From: Bdellovibrionales bacterium
GTDB lineage: Bacteria; Bdellovibrionota; Bdellovibrionia; Bdellovibrionales; UBA1609
DNA length: 64,000 nt
Assembly (NCBI GenBank): GCA_041690295.1
Contig: JAWLHR010000008.1
Span: 1-64,000, forward strand
Direction of reading: 5' to 3'
The notes under the pieces are model-generated. The model saw nothing but the letters and a program-made list of their open reading frames with translations, did no database searches and was not told the DNA's origin. Each line of letters begins with the position of its first letter. Position 1 is the first letter of the stretch. This document shows positions 48,036 through 57,681 of the stretch, one piece after another. Both the position numbers and the translations under genes were made by a program.

Positions 48036-48515
48036 ATGGACTTTGAATTAGAGAATCATCAGTTCCAGGAACCCGAAAGGAAGACAGGTCGCCAAAAGAC
48101 CTCTTTGCGTTTGAAATATGAGGCAGAAGCGCGGGTGATTCGCGAGCGCTATGGAGGTCTCGAATCCATACGAAAAACCCTGGGTTTTTCGCAAAGAAAA
48201 ATGGGGCAATTATTGTTGGTCGATCCGTCGGCCTGGTCCCGTTGGGTTAAGGACGAATCCAAGGTGCCGCCCCATATTTATCGTTCGTTGGAATGGCTCT
48301 TACTGCTTCAAGATAAGAATCCTGACCTGGTTCGGGTGGTTTCCCAGGGCCTTTTAGGCCCGTCCGCGAACTCGAAGGAACTCAATGAAAAACTTCAGTT
48401 CATGGAGCACGAAATCGAGGCTCTGAAACGGCAGAAAATGGTGGAGATTTCCCGAGTGATGCTGGTCTTGATGGGTCTCTTCGTATTCGCCCTATTTTAC
48501 ATCTTAATAGGATAG
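48036..48515 (+). CDS. HTH protein with coiled coil and C-terminal transmembrane helix
   Basis: LGFSQRKMGQLLLVDPSAWSRW; VMLVLMGLFVFALFYILIG. Confidence 0.8.
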   Translation: MDFELENHQFQEPERKTGRQKTSLRLKYEAEARVIRERYGGLESIRKTLGFSQRKMGQLLLVDPSAWSRWVKDESKVPPHIYRSLEWLLLLQDKNPDLVRVVSQGLLGPSANSKELNEKLQFMEHEIEALKRQKMVEISRVMLVLMGLFVFALFYILIG

Positions 48516-48594
48516 GTTTAGGCGCGTAAAACGGCATTCATGGCCGATAAATGCCGACTTAGCGACCGAACGTTCAGTAAAATCTAGCTTAATC

Positions 48595-48610
48595 TGGCAT
48601 TTCCCTTGCA
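48595..48610 (+). promoter_or_regulatory. sigma54 promoter
   Basis: TGGCAT-TTCCC-TTGCA. Confidence 0.75.
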
Positions 48611-48631
48611 ATTCATTATATTTAATAAATA

Positions 48632-49420
48632 TTGTTCAAGGAAATGGATACGTTGATGAAAGCCACTGATTTAGTTTCGAAAAGCCGCCGACCCGATGGA
48701 TTTTCCCTGGGTTCCCGTTTTAAGTGGCTCAGTGAGCGCATTTCGGCGCTGGGCGAAAAGGAAGGTTTCAAGATCATTCCTTATCGGGACCCGAGCTTGC
48801 CGATTTTTTCGAAGAAAACCGAGCCAGAGCAGTGTGAGATCGTTCGCCAGCTGGAAACCTATCTTCAGATCTGCCAACTCACTCTGTCCAATGGGGGCAA
48901 TGTCTGCGATCCCACGGCGATCAGCTGGGCGGCCATCAAACACATGGGTTTTCGTCCTTGTTCGGATCTGTTTTCCTATATCCGGCAGGATGATGTGATT
49001 GAAATCCATGATCCGGTGGGCATTCAGATCTTCCGTAACTTCAATTTCTACCATTACTGCAGTTATTCCCTTGAGGAACTCTACTCAAGTCCGTGGAGCC
49101 AGCTGTACACACGTAATGAGGAGGTTTTCCGCGGTCTCATGATGATCGCCACCCGGGTCTATAACGGCGAAATTAAATCCACCATCGCCACCGGGTTGCC
49201 GAAACACATCATCGAAGAGCTTTATTCCCCCTTCAAATACAAGATTTCGGCCGAAGTGAAATACGTTTCGCCTCTCTTTGATCATCACAGTCGCCCCGTG
49301 TCCACGGTGGCCATCGAAAAGGGTGAGCTGGCCGGAGGCGAGCTTTCTTCCGGCGAGGAAGAAAGCCGCTTTAAGAAATATCTTGAAGATCTGAATATCT
49401 CGGGTCTGGATCTGAACTAA
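48632..49420 (+). CDS. Hypothetical protein, possible PAS-like sensory fold (start uncertain, 48632-48656)
   Basis: DVIEIHDPVGIQIFRN..F...SYSLEEL....W..LY resembles a PAS core. Confidence 0.6.
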   Translation: MFKEMDTLMKATDLVSKSRRPDGFSLGSRFKWLSERISALGEKEGFKIIPYRDPSLPIFSKKTEPEQCEIVRQLETYLQICQLTLSNGGNVCDPTAISWAAIKHMGFRPCSDLFSYIRQDDVIEIHDPVGIQIFRNFNFYHYCSYSLEELYSSPWSQLYTRNEEVFRGLMMIATRVYNGEIKSTIATGLPKHIIEELYSPFKYKISAEVKYVSPLFDHHSRPVSTVAIEKGELAGGELSSGEEESRFKKYLEDLNISGLDLN

Positions 49421-50067
49421 GCCGCCATTTTTTCGCTATCCCTGAAGGCATTGGCATATTCTTGGCTTTTGATCAGCATTTCACGATAAATATCGCTTGA
49501 AAGAAGCATGTTCTCGCGCGCGAGTTCAGCTTCCTCGGGGGTCAGCTTATCAATGACTTTATAAGCTTCCTCAAGGTGGCCGACATCCGCGTCACTGTGG
49601 AGCTTCAGAAATTTCGCCGTTTGCGGGCCATGGGCTTTAACCACGCGCTGATAAATTTCCGGTCCGAATTTCTCGGCCAACGCTTCAAGCGCCAGCGTGT
49701 AACCAAAGAAAGACGCCGCTCCCCGGTGCTGAACCCAGTAATACTGCACCTGATACATGGTGGCCGAAGGGGTCAAGCAGGGGAGATCTTTGATGTTGAA
49801 TCCCAAGAGTTTTAAATCCGAGATGGCGATCAACTGGTGACCGCGTTCTTCCTTGGAGTGGTCCACGAAGCGGTCATGAAGGAGTGAGCGATCGAGCGGG
49901 GCATGGGCGCCCGCGAGCGCCACCAAGCGGGTGGAGTGGTTCACCATGTAATAGGTCTGGCTGAGCCACATGGCGTAGCCCAGTTTTTCCTCCCACGGGT
50001 AATTCAAAATGACGGGAGCGGTTTTTTCCATTTGTTCATTGGTTAGCTGGCGAAAATCGATTTTCAT
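49417..50067 (-). CDS. Heme-oxygenase-like diiron (iron-containing redox enzyme) family protein
   Basis: HSKEERGH, ALE and LH..ADVGH metal ligands in a helical bundle; RBS AAGGAGG. Confidence 0.8.
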   Translation of the reverse strand: MKIDFRQLTNEQMEKTAPVILNYPWEEKLGYAMWLSQTYYMVNHSTRLVALAGAHAPLDRSLLHDRFVDHSKEERGHQLIAISDLKLLGFNIKDLPCLTPSATMYQVQYYWVQHRGAASFFGYTLALEALAEKFGPEIYQRVVKAHGPQTAKFLKLHSDADVGHLEEAYKVIDKLTPEEAELARENMLLSSDIYREMLIKSQEYANAFRDSEKMAA

Positions 50068-50077
50068 TGCTTCCTCC

Positions 50078-50746
50078 TTAAGCGGCCGCTTCTTTTTGTT
50101 GATGGGCCTTCCAGAGATACTCCACCCAAAGTCGTTCCTGACCCGGGACAGGTTTCACTTTATCTCTTCGGCAGATCAGGAGATCGACTGGAACATTATT
50201 TAATGTCACTTCCCTTTGAATGGGTTCGAATCCGATCTCGTAGGCGACGTTCGACACCTTATTGTCATTACGGGCCGGAGCGATGATGGCGTGAGCGTCG
50301 GTGTAATTGAGAAAAACCCGCTGACCCAGCGAGCCCAGCACATGAACCATGCTAATGCCCGTTTTCGACTTTCGATAGGCCGGATTGACGAAGAGCGATT
50401 CCATGCTCATGACTTTCTCTATGTTCTTGCGGCGAAGATCCTCAAAATAAGAATGGTTGAAATTGTGCGAAAGATAAGAATGCTCAAGGCTTACGTCCGA
50501 GCGAATGTCATAGAGCGAATACAAATGAATGGCCACGATATTTTCTTCGTGAACGATGACGGGTATGAAATCCTGTTTAAAAAAATCATCGGGATTGACT
50601 TTGAAACCGGCGTTCAATTCTTTGTAAACAGCGTCCCAATTTTCGCGCCAAAATCGGTACGCCTTCTCAAATAACGGCTTCTCTTCGTCTTTGTAGAAAC
50701 GTCCGGGCAATATGACATACGAGAAATCGGACATTTGCATACCCAT
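50078..50746 (-). CDS. GNAT-fold protein, LuxI/FeeM-like acyltransferase
   Basis: MESLFVNPAYRKSKTG (GNAT motif A-like), DDF, GFEP; RBS AAGGAGG. Confidence 0.6.
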   Translation of the reverse strand: MGMQMSDFSYVILPGRFYKDEEKPLFEKAYRFWRENWDAVYKELNAGFKVNPDDFFKQDFIPVIVHEENIVAIHLYSLYDIRSDVSLEHSYLSHNFNHSYFEDLRRKNIEKVMSMESLFVNPAYRKSKTGISMVHVLGSLGQRVFLNYTDAHAIIAPARNDNKVSNVAYEIGFEPIQREVTLNNVPVDLLICRRDKVKPVPGQERLWVEYLWKAHQQKEAAA

Positions 50747-50915
50747 TCACGTGCCTCCTTGTGTGATAATTGTCGCGTTGGAATACTGTCGTGTCGGTAA
50801 ACTAATTCCAGATAATAAACTATTTCTTGTTTATTTATATTTCGCCGTGAATTTCTTTTGAGACCTGGATGCTTGTCCGCGATGATTCGCCCTTTGTCTC
50901 GCTTTGAGGCACGCC

Positions 50916-50943
50916 TAAACCGGCCCCGCGAAAATTCCGATAT
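50916..50943 (+). promoter_or_regulatory. Putative sigma28 (FliA) promoter
   Basis: TAAA-N16-TCCGATAT. Confidence 0.55.
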
Positions 50944-50973
50944 ATAAAGGTCACAACCAAGTTTGGGGGACGT

Positions 50974-53622
50974 ATGCGGAAGTCACTGGTTATTGCAACC
51001 GTGTCTTTGCTGGCCTTGTTGGGCTGCACAAGAAAAACAACGACGACGCGACTGAAGGTCAACGTTCCAATTCAACATAAAGTTGGCGGTCTTTCAGGAA
51101 ACTACTATCTCAACGCAGCGATCGCGAATATCCAAATCGCCGGGCGCTCGCCCATTGTTTCCAAAATCGATATGCATGACAGTGAAACCCGGCTGCCCAT
51201 CGGCCAAGGGGTCACATTCGACGTTCCCAATGTGCCCAATGGGGCCTCGGTGCTTGTTCAAGCCCTGATGGTTTTCACCGGCGAAGATCAGGGGGATATG
51301 CGTTTTTATTACGGTGATGCTTCCGCCACGATCAGCGGCAATATGACCTTGTCGGTGACGGCCAAAGCCTCGGCCGCGAGCGCCGGCAAGGAAGCCAGGA
51401 TCTTCGGTCGATACTTGACCGACTTCACGTCAGGACCAACCGGCACATTGACAACGAAATACAAGGTCGGAAACGGCAAGCCGGACATGGAGGTCGAGGA
51501 AGGCAGTATCTTGAATGGCTGGTTCGAGGCCTTTGCCATCGAGGGTGTGAATTTCGATATCGTCGTCAAAGACTCGACCGGCGCCACCCAAACTCTCTTC
51601 AACAATTTGACCATCAGTGGCGGGCAATTGGAGTACACGGTGAATGGAAGCCCGCAGTCCATCGCTTATGGCACTCACCTTCTGAATGTCACCAAGCCAT
51701 CCAGTTATCGACGTGAATTCCGGGGGGACTCTGTTCGCATTCGGCCCGAACCTGAAACCCAGATGATCCTGGGATTTTTCGGGGATCCATCGTTTATGAG
51801 CGGGCGAAAAGTCATATACCCCGAGGTCCAGCAAGGTGTCCCGAACGTTTTCTTCGATTCCGCGGCCACGATTCCCGTGGATTACATGGGCTCATCCGGG
51901 GGCGCGACCAAGATTCGTCGGGTCGCGGGCGGTGAATCGTCAAGTTTAATGGCGGTTTACACCCATGATGCTCCCGGTTGCACGCCGTCTTCATTTGATT
52001 CGGGACTCTGCCTCGCTTTTTATCACAATAAACTGGAGAACGGGGTTCACTCATTTAGCGGCGTGCGCATGCCCTTCAGAGGAATCGATCTCCTCTCGAA
52101 TCGTCATGTTTATGCCCGTGCCACATTCAAGAATGACGGATGCTCGGGCGCGGATTGCACGCAGTTGGAATGGAAGCTTCTTCCCGGTGTTGACGAGGTG
52201 GTGAGTGAAATTGAGATTTGGCATCGCTTTACGCCATCGGGTGGCGGCTATGATGGGAGCTTGGATACCTGTGAGGATCTGACCCGATTGGGCTACACCA
52301 AACACGCTACCACGAGCTCTTCCAACACAACCTACGACTTCATGGGGGTCGAGGAAAACAACTACTACATGCACCAGTTTTATCTCTGCGCCAAAGCCGA
52401 AACCGATGGGCAAGCCAAGTATGTGGGCGAGCCGGTCTGGGTGGACTACTCCTGCACGGGCGGCTGCAACAACGACATGGATCATTTCGGATGGGCCTTA
52501 AGTTCATACTCAACGGTCGTACCCTCGGACCAATATAATACGGACTTTTACCGTGTAACAGATGTCGTCGTCGCTCCCAATTACGTCGAGGCCATGGGCG
52601 TCGTCACCGGATCGTGGGCGGATGGTGATGAAGCCTTGATTCACGTCAGCGCCATGGCCGAGGACGGTGATTGCGGTTCTTCGCCGGAGTTCGGGCCGAA
52701 TCGAGTGGGAAGTTACAGTTTCACTCGTGTTCTCAGTCAGCAGTCGGACCGCTTGGTCTTACCGAGGGGCACGATTTTGGACTCTATAGACGCGGGTTAT
52801 CTGGATGCCGGCGGTCTGGATAGCAACTTCTGCGTGGTTCAGATTGTAAAGGTTAAACACTATCATGATCTTACGATTGAAACCTCGACCAAGCTCACCA
52901 CCAATCCCTTCGACTTCATGATCGGTGGCGGTATTTTGCCGATTCGTGTGAGCGGTACGCTCACCATGCAGAGCGGAGCTGAGATCAGCGCCAACGGCAA
53001 AGGTTTCGCGGGAGGTATCGCGGGCTATAATGGCGCGGGAATGGATAGGGATACCGATCCATCCATGTTCTCCACAAACGGGGGAATTAAAGGTTCAACT
53101 GTGTCCGGCCGCGGAGGTGGCGGCGGTGGTTTTGGAAACGGTGGTCAGGCGAGTACTGTCGACGATGGCCAAGGTGGCGCGGGTGCGATGTTTGGCGCTG
53201 GAAGTCGCCGCATGCTCTTTGGCGGTGGCGGCGGTGGAGCGGGAAGCGCGGACCCTGGAACCCACGGTGGCGGTATTGTTTTCGTAGTGGCGAATCAAAT
53301 TAGTGTGACATCCGGAGCCGCGCGAATCGCGGCTTCGGGGGATTTCGCTTCGGGTAACGGCGGCGCGGGCGGCGGCGGAAGCGTTTTTATCATGACCAAG
53401 AAGTTGATCGGAAGCTCAACCACGCTCATGGGTGAGGCGGTCGGCGGAAGTGCCAGCTCCGGCGGCGTTGGGGGCGGTGGTTCCGTCGAGAGCTTGATTT
53501 GTGACGCTACTGGCATGTTCACGTCGAACGTGGCTATGGGCGTGACCGGAGCCTCCACGGGAGCCCAAGACGGCTGGTCAAACATTCTAAATCCAACTGA
53601 TTATAAATGGACCTGCCAATAA
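50974..53622 (+). CDS. Large lipoprotein with glycine-rich C-terminal domain
   Basis: Lipobox LLGC; repeated GGGGG/GGGS tracts separated by beta strands. Confidence 0.85.
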   Translation: MRKSLVIATVSLLALLGCTRKTTTTRLKVNVPIQHKVGGLSGNYYLNAAIANIQIAGRSPIVSKIDMHDSETRLPIGQGVTFDVPNVPNGASVLVQALMVFTGEDQGDMRFYYGDASATISGNMTLSVTAKASAASAGKEARIFGRYLTDFTSGPTGTLTTKYKVGNGKPDMEVEEGSILNGWFEAFAIEGVNFDIVVKDSTGATQTLFNNLTISGGQLEYTVNGSPQSIAYGTHLLNVTKPSSYRREFRGDSVRIRPEPETQMILGFFGDPSFMSGRKVIYPEVQQGVPNVFFDSAATIPVDYMGSSGGATKIRRVAGGESSSLMAVYTHDAPGCTPSSFDSGLCLAFYHNKLENGVHSFSGVRMPFRGIDLLSNRHVYARATFKNDGCSGADCTQLEWKLLPGVDEVVSEIEIWHRFTPSGGGYDGSLDTCEDLTRLGYTKHATTSSSNTTYDFMGVEENNYYMHQFYLCAKAETDGQAKYVGEPVWVDYSCTGGCNNDMDHFGWALSSYSTVVPSDQYNTDFYRVTDVVVAPNYVEAMGVVTGSWADGDEALIHVSAMAEDGDCGSSPEFGPNRVGSYSFTRVLSQQSDRLVLPRGTILDSIDAGYLDAGGLDSNFCVVQIVKVKHYHDLTIETSTKLTTNPFDFMIGGGILPIRVSGTLTMQSGAEISANGKGFAGGIAGYNGAGMDRDTDPSMFSTNGGIKGSTVSGRGGGGGGFGNGGQASTVDDGQGGAGAMFGAGSRRMLFGGGGGGAGSADPGTHGGGIVFVVANQISVTSGAARIAASGDFASGNGGAGGGGSVFIMTKKLIGSSTTLMGEAVGGSASSGGVGGGGSVESLICDATGMFTSNVAMGVTGASTGAQDGWSNILNPTDYKWTCQ

Positions 53623-53638
53623 TCTGATCATTTCATTC

Positions 53639-53662
53639 GGCCCCATGCGCCAATATGGGGCC
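53639..53662. terminator. Hairpin after the lipoprotein gene
   Basis: GGCCCCAT-N8-ATGGGGCC. Confidence 0.5.
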
Positions 53663-53718
53663 TGAACCGCTTTATTAGTGCTTGAACCCTAGTTCAGTTG
53701 AACCTATTCTTCCCACCT

Positions 53719-54840
53719 ATGCTTACATTTGAACTTATTGAAAAACATGGTGATCACGAACAAGTCGTGTTTTGTAACGACAAGGACAGTGGTCTTAAGG
53801 CAATAATCGCAATCCACAACACGACGCTCGGCCCGGCATTGGGCGGTACTCGCATGTGGCCCTATAAAAGCGAGGAAGACGCTCTGGTCGACGTGCTGCG
53901 GTTGGCTAAGGGGATGACTTACAAGGCCTCCGCCGCCGGATTGAATTTGGGCGGGGGCAAGGCCGTTATTATTGGGGACCCCAAAAAAGATAAATCAGAA
54001 GCGCTGTTTCGGACCTTTGGCGCCTTCGTGAACTCTCTGAATGGAAAATACATCACGGCTGAGGATGTCGGAACCTCGGTGCACGACATGGCCTACGTCT
54101 TCATGGAGACGCCCTATGTCACGGGTATCCCCATGTCTTTTGGGGGATCGGGTGATCCGTCTCCATTCACCGCCCACGGCGTGCTGATGGGGGTTAAAGC
54201 TTCAGTGAAGGAAAAACTGAAAACGGATTCATTGAAAGGCATTCGGGTCGCGGTTCAGGGCCTGGGTAATGTCGGCGGAAACCTGGTGGAATATTTGGTG
54301 AAAGAAGGCGCCGAGGTTACGGTGGCGGACATCGATAAAGAGAAGGTTTCCCGCGTTGCCGAGAAATTCAACCTGCAAGTGGCCGATCCGGATGGGATTA
54401 TCATCAGCGAATGTGACGTATTGGCGCCGTGCGCGCTGGGTGCGATCATCAATGATCAAACGATCGGCAAATTAAAATGTAAGATTGTGGCGGGTGGCGC
54501 TAACAACCAATTGGCGGAGCATCGTCATGGTGACGCGCTTCTTGAGCTGGGTATCCTCTACGCTCCCGATTACGTGATCAATGCCGGTGGATTGATGAAC
54601 GTTTTTGTGGAGTTGGAAGGTTATTCCCGCGAGCGTGCCTTTGAAAAGACCAAGCAAGTTTACGATAATTTGATGCAAGTCTATAAGATTTCGCGTGAGC
54701 AAAATATAGCCACGCACCGCGCGGCGGATCGTATGGCGGAGCAACGAATTGCCTCGATCGGGCAATTACGGCAACATCTACATGGCCGTATGGCTCGACC
54801 GTTCTCCACGTTGAAAGAGATGTCGAACCGGCAGAAGTAA
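53719..54840 (+). CDS. Leu/Phe/Val dehydrogenase
   Basis: [33 protein letters not shown]. Confidence 0.96.
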   Translation: MLTFELIEKHGDHEQVVFCNDKDSGLKAIIAIHNTTLGPALGGTRMWPYKSEEDALVDVLRLAKGMTYKASAAGLNLGGGKAVIIGDPKKDKSEALFRTFGAFVNSLNGKYITAEDVGTSVHDMAYVFMETPYVTGIPMSFGGSGDPSPFTAHGVLMGVKASVKEKLKTDSLKGIRVAVQGLGNVGGNLVEYLVKEGAEVTVADIDKEKVSRVAEKFNLQVADPDGIIISECDVLAPCALGAIINDQTIGKLKCKIVAGGANNQLAEHRHGDALLELGILYAPDYVINAGGLMNVFVELEGYSRERAFEKTKQVYDNLMQVYKISREQNIATHRAADRMAEQRIASIGQLRQHLHGRMARPFSTLKEMSNRQK

Positions 54841-54856
54841 AAACAGCGAGGAATTC

Positions 54857-55639
54857 GTGAGCAAGAAAGATTTCAAAGACCAGGTCAAAGCGCCGGATGC
54901 CTTTATCTCCACATCCACGCGGGTCCTGAATTGGATCGAGAAACACGCCCGCGCCGTGGTGGCCGTCGTCGTGCTGGCCTGCTTAGTGGGCGCGGGTTTA
55001 ACCGGTTATTCCTATTGGCAAAGCTCGGTGGAATCGAGGGCGGCTGAAGCCATATATAAATATGAGGCCGAACTGAAAGCCGTGGAGGCGCGCATTCGCG
55101 AGGAACGCGGCGAGCTCATGCGCGAAATGTCTAAGAAGAAATCGAATCCCAAGGATCCCATCCGCCCGGTGGATTACGAGAAAGACTACGCGCAAATCGT
55201 TGGAAAGCTTAAAAACGAGATCAAAGCTCACCGCAAAACCCGCACGGCTTTGATTTCAGCGTTGAACCTGAGTTATTTTCTGGTTCAGCAAAAACGATTT
55301 GAAGAAGCTCTTGAAGTGATCTCGATTCCGTCTTTTGAGCCTTCGCGTTCGGATCTTCTGGCGGGATTCACTCTCATGCACAAAGGTCTAGTGTTGATCG
55401 AAAACGGTAAGGCGGATGAAGCCATCGAGACCTATCAGCGGCTCTTGGACTCGTCGGCCCTTAAAGCTTTTCATTCGGAAGCTCTTTTAAAGCAGGGCAT
55501 CGCTTGGGAATTGAAAGGCGATCTGGCCAAAGCCAAAGACACTTATGAAAATGTGGCTCGGAGTTATCCCAATACCGATGCTTCGACGTCCGCCTCGCAA
55601 TTTCTGCGATTGCTGGAACTTAAATCCAAACCGGGATGA
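54857..55639 (+). CDS. YfgM-like membrane-anchored TPR protein
   Basis: N-terminal transmembrane helix, TPR-like repeats, position upstream of the bamB-like gene. Confidence 0.8.
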   Translation: MSKKDFKDQVKAPDAFISTSTRVLNWIEKHARAVVAVVVLACLVGAGLTGYSYWQSSVESRAAEAIYKYEAELKAVEARIREERGELMREMSKKKSNPKDPIRPVDYEKDYAQIVGKLKNEIKAHRKTRTALISALNLSYFLVQQKRFEEALEVISIPSFEPSRSDLLAGFTLMHKGLVLIENGKADEAIETYQRLLDSSALKAFHSEALLKQGIAWELKGDLAKAKDTYENVARSYPNTDASTSASQFLRLLELKSKPG

Positions 55640-56766
55640 GAATGCGGTTTACAATCGGAGCCTTACTTCTCCTCAGTGCCTGTTCAACGGTAAAGCCAAG
55701 GCCCAATCAGTTCGTGGTTGAAAAGCGTTGGGTGCGTGACACTCTGACTCAGGAATACCTGGGTGGCCGCCGCATTCATCGCTTCACTCCCATCCTTACC
55801 GAAAAGCTTGTGATCGTCGCCAACTCCATTGATGGACTTACGGCTTATGACCGCAAGAGCGCCCATAAACGCTGGCACTTGCGAATTAAAGACGGCGTGG
55901 AAGCTGGAGCTCAGTTGATCGACAACGTCCTTTATTTCGGGGCTGGTGACGGTCTGCTTTACGCCTTGAACCCTGAAACCGGTCAACCACTTTGGACCTA
56001 TCCTTTAAAGGCGGAAGGCATCGCGAAACCCCTGGTTAAAAACGGCGTGGTTTACGTGCTTGGCGGGAACAATGTTGTTCATGCCCTTAACGCCAGAACG
56101 GGAAAGTTGATCTGGACCTATAATCGCCGGGAAGCGGGGAATATTTCGGTTCGTGGAGGGTCACAGCCGGCTTTGAGCGGGAACCTATTGCTTGTTGGTT
56201 TTTCCGATGGAGCATTGGTGGCCTGTAATAAAAGTTCGGGCGCGGTTGTTTGGGAAGTGAATTTGAATCGCAACAAACGCTTTCGCGATGTGGACGCCAC
56301 ACCGGTCGTGGATGGCGATATCATTTACATCTCAAGCTACGATGGCGCGCTTTACGCTCTTCATCGCGACGATGGCCGAATCCTTTGGTCCGTGGATGAG
56401 GGCGGCTATGATGAAGTCCTTTTGCAAGGCTCGACTCTTTATTTCTCGTCGACGGGCGGAAAAACCATGGCCATCGACAAAAAGACCGGAAAAACGCTCT
56501 GGAGTCAGAATAATCCGGCGGGAATCGCCACCGGACCGGTTTTATATAAGGGCGTGTTGATGGTGGGTGAAATGGAAGGCGCCCTTCGTTTCATCGACGC
56601 CCGCACTGGTGAATTAATAAAGCAATTTGAACCGGGGCGGGGAGTGACTTCGCGGGCCGCGGTGGATCCGGAAACGGGCGAAGTTTACTTCATCTCCACG
56701 GATGCGATTCTTTACGCGCTCCAAGTGAATTGGAAAAGGTACGCCAAGGAGTGGCCATGGGAATAA
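55636..56766 (+). CDS. BamB-like PQQ beta-propeller lipoprotein
   Basis: Lipobox LSAC; repeated LYAL...TG...W blades. Confidence 0.85.
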   Translation: MRMRFTIGALLLLSACSTVKPRPNQFVVEKRWVRDTLTQEYLGGRRIHRFTPILTEKLVIVANSIDGLTAYDRKSAHKRWHLRIKDGVEAGAQLIDNVLYFGAGDGLLYALNPETGQPLWTYPLKAEGIAKPLVKNGVVYVLGGNNVVHALNARTGKLIWTYNRREAGNISVRGGSQPALSGNLLLVGFSDGALVACNKSSGAVVWEVNLNRNKRFRDVDATPVVDGDIIYISSYDGALYALHRDDGRILWSVDEGGYDEVLLQGSTLYFSSTGGKTMAIDKKTGKTLWSQNNPAGIATGPVLYKGVLMVGEMEGALRFIDARTGELIKQFEPGRGVTSRAAVDPETGEVYFISTDAILYALQVNWKRYAKEWPWE

Positions 56767-57152
56767 GATCCGCGGTTTCTTTGGTGGTTCTTTGTGGGTT
56801 GATCGTGGGCTGCGCCCAAGGTCATTGCCGCCGCAAACAGGAAGCCCCGCAAGCGCCGGTGGCGATTGATGCGCCTCCGACTGAATCGAAAACCACAGAG
56901 CGCACTTCGGACCGGGTTCTGGTTTATAAGTATGACGGAAGTCTGCAATGCGGAGCGGGTAAAGCCATCCCCCTTGATGTGATGGCCAAAGAACTCAATG
57001 GGATTAAAATTTTCTCGATGGTGAAAAAGCCCGATGGATTGATGCACATTCAAGTTTGTGGATCCAATACCGGTATGGCGAACGTTTATGAGATTCCCGC
57101 GAAGGATTTAAAACGGGCTGAAGCCAAAGGTTTTAAAAAGTGGGAGTTTTAA
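56757..57152 (+). CDS. Small lipoprotein, hypothetical
   Basis: RBS AAGGAG, lipobox VGC, DGSLQC. Confidence 0.8.
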   Translation: MGIRSAVSLVVLCGLIVGCAQGHCRRKQEAPQAPVAIDAPPTESKTTERTSDRVLVYKYDGSLQCGAGKAIPLDVMAKELNGIKIFSMVKKPDGLMHIQVCGSNTGMANVYEIPAKDLKRAEAKGFKKWEF

Positions 57153-57153
57153 G

Positions 57154-57681
57154 TTGAGTGATGTTTTGTCCGTGAATGAAGTCAAAAGTCTGATCCGGGA
57201 TGTTCCTGATTTTCCCAAACCGGGCATTCTTTTTAAAGACATCACTCCGGTTTTAAATCATCCCAAGGCGTTTCAATCGCTGGTTATTCATCTGGCGGAG
57301 CTGGTTCCGCCGGGCACGACCCGTTTGGCTTCCATCGAGAGCCGGGGATTCATTCTCGGCGCGGCGGTTGCTCACAAGCTCGGTCTTGGCATGACTTTGA
57401 TTCGAAAGCCGGGGAAACTGCCGTCAAAGACGATTTCTTATTCCTATCAACTGGAGTACGGCAGTGACACTCTTGAAATCCACGCCGACGCTTTGGATTC
57501 GACGGACAAGGTCTGTATCATCGATGACGTGCTGGCCACGGGTGGAACGGCCTCCGCGGCCGAACTTCTTTGCGCCAAGGCCGGTTCAAAAATTTCGGGC
57601 TTCGCGTTCATGATGGAGCTTGGCTTTCTCAAAGGGCGCGAAAAATTAAAAGCGCCGGTTCAGAGTTTAATCAGTTTGTAG
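57154..57681 (+). CDS. apt: Adenine phosphoribosyltransferase
   Basis: PDFPKPGILFKDIT, ESRGF, IDDVLATGGT. Confidence 0.98.
   Translation: MSDVLSVNEVKSLIRDVPDFPKPGILFKDITPVLNHPKAFQSLVIHLAELVPPGTTRLASIESRGFILGAAVAHKLGLGMTLIRKPGKLPSKTISYSYQLEYGSDTLEIHADALDSTDKVCIIDDVLATGGTASAAELLCAKAGSKISGFAFMMELGFLKGREKLKAPVQSLISL

Noticed and set aside
48527..48550. TAAA...GCCGATAA sigma28-like site
   Set aside because: The spacer is 12 nt instead of 15-16, and the site sits in a hairpin (CGGCATT/AATGCCG).
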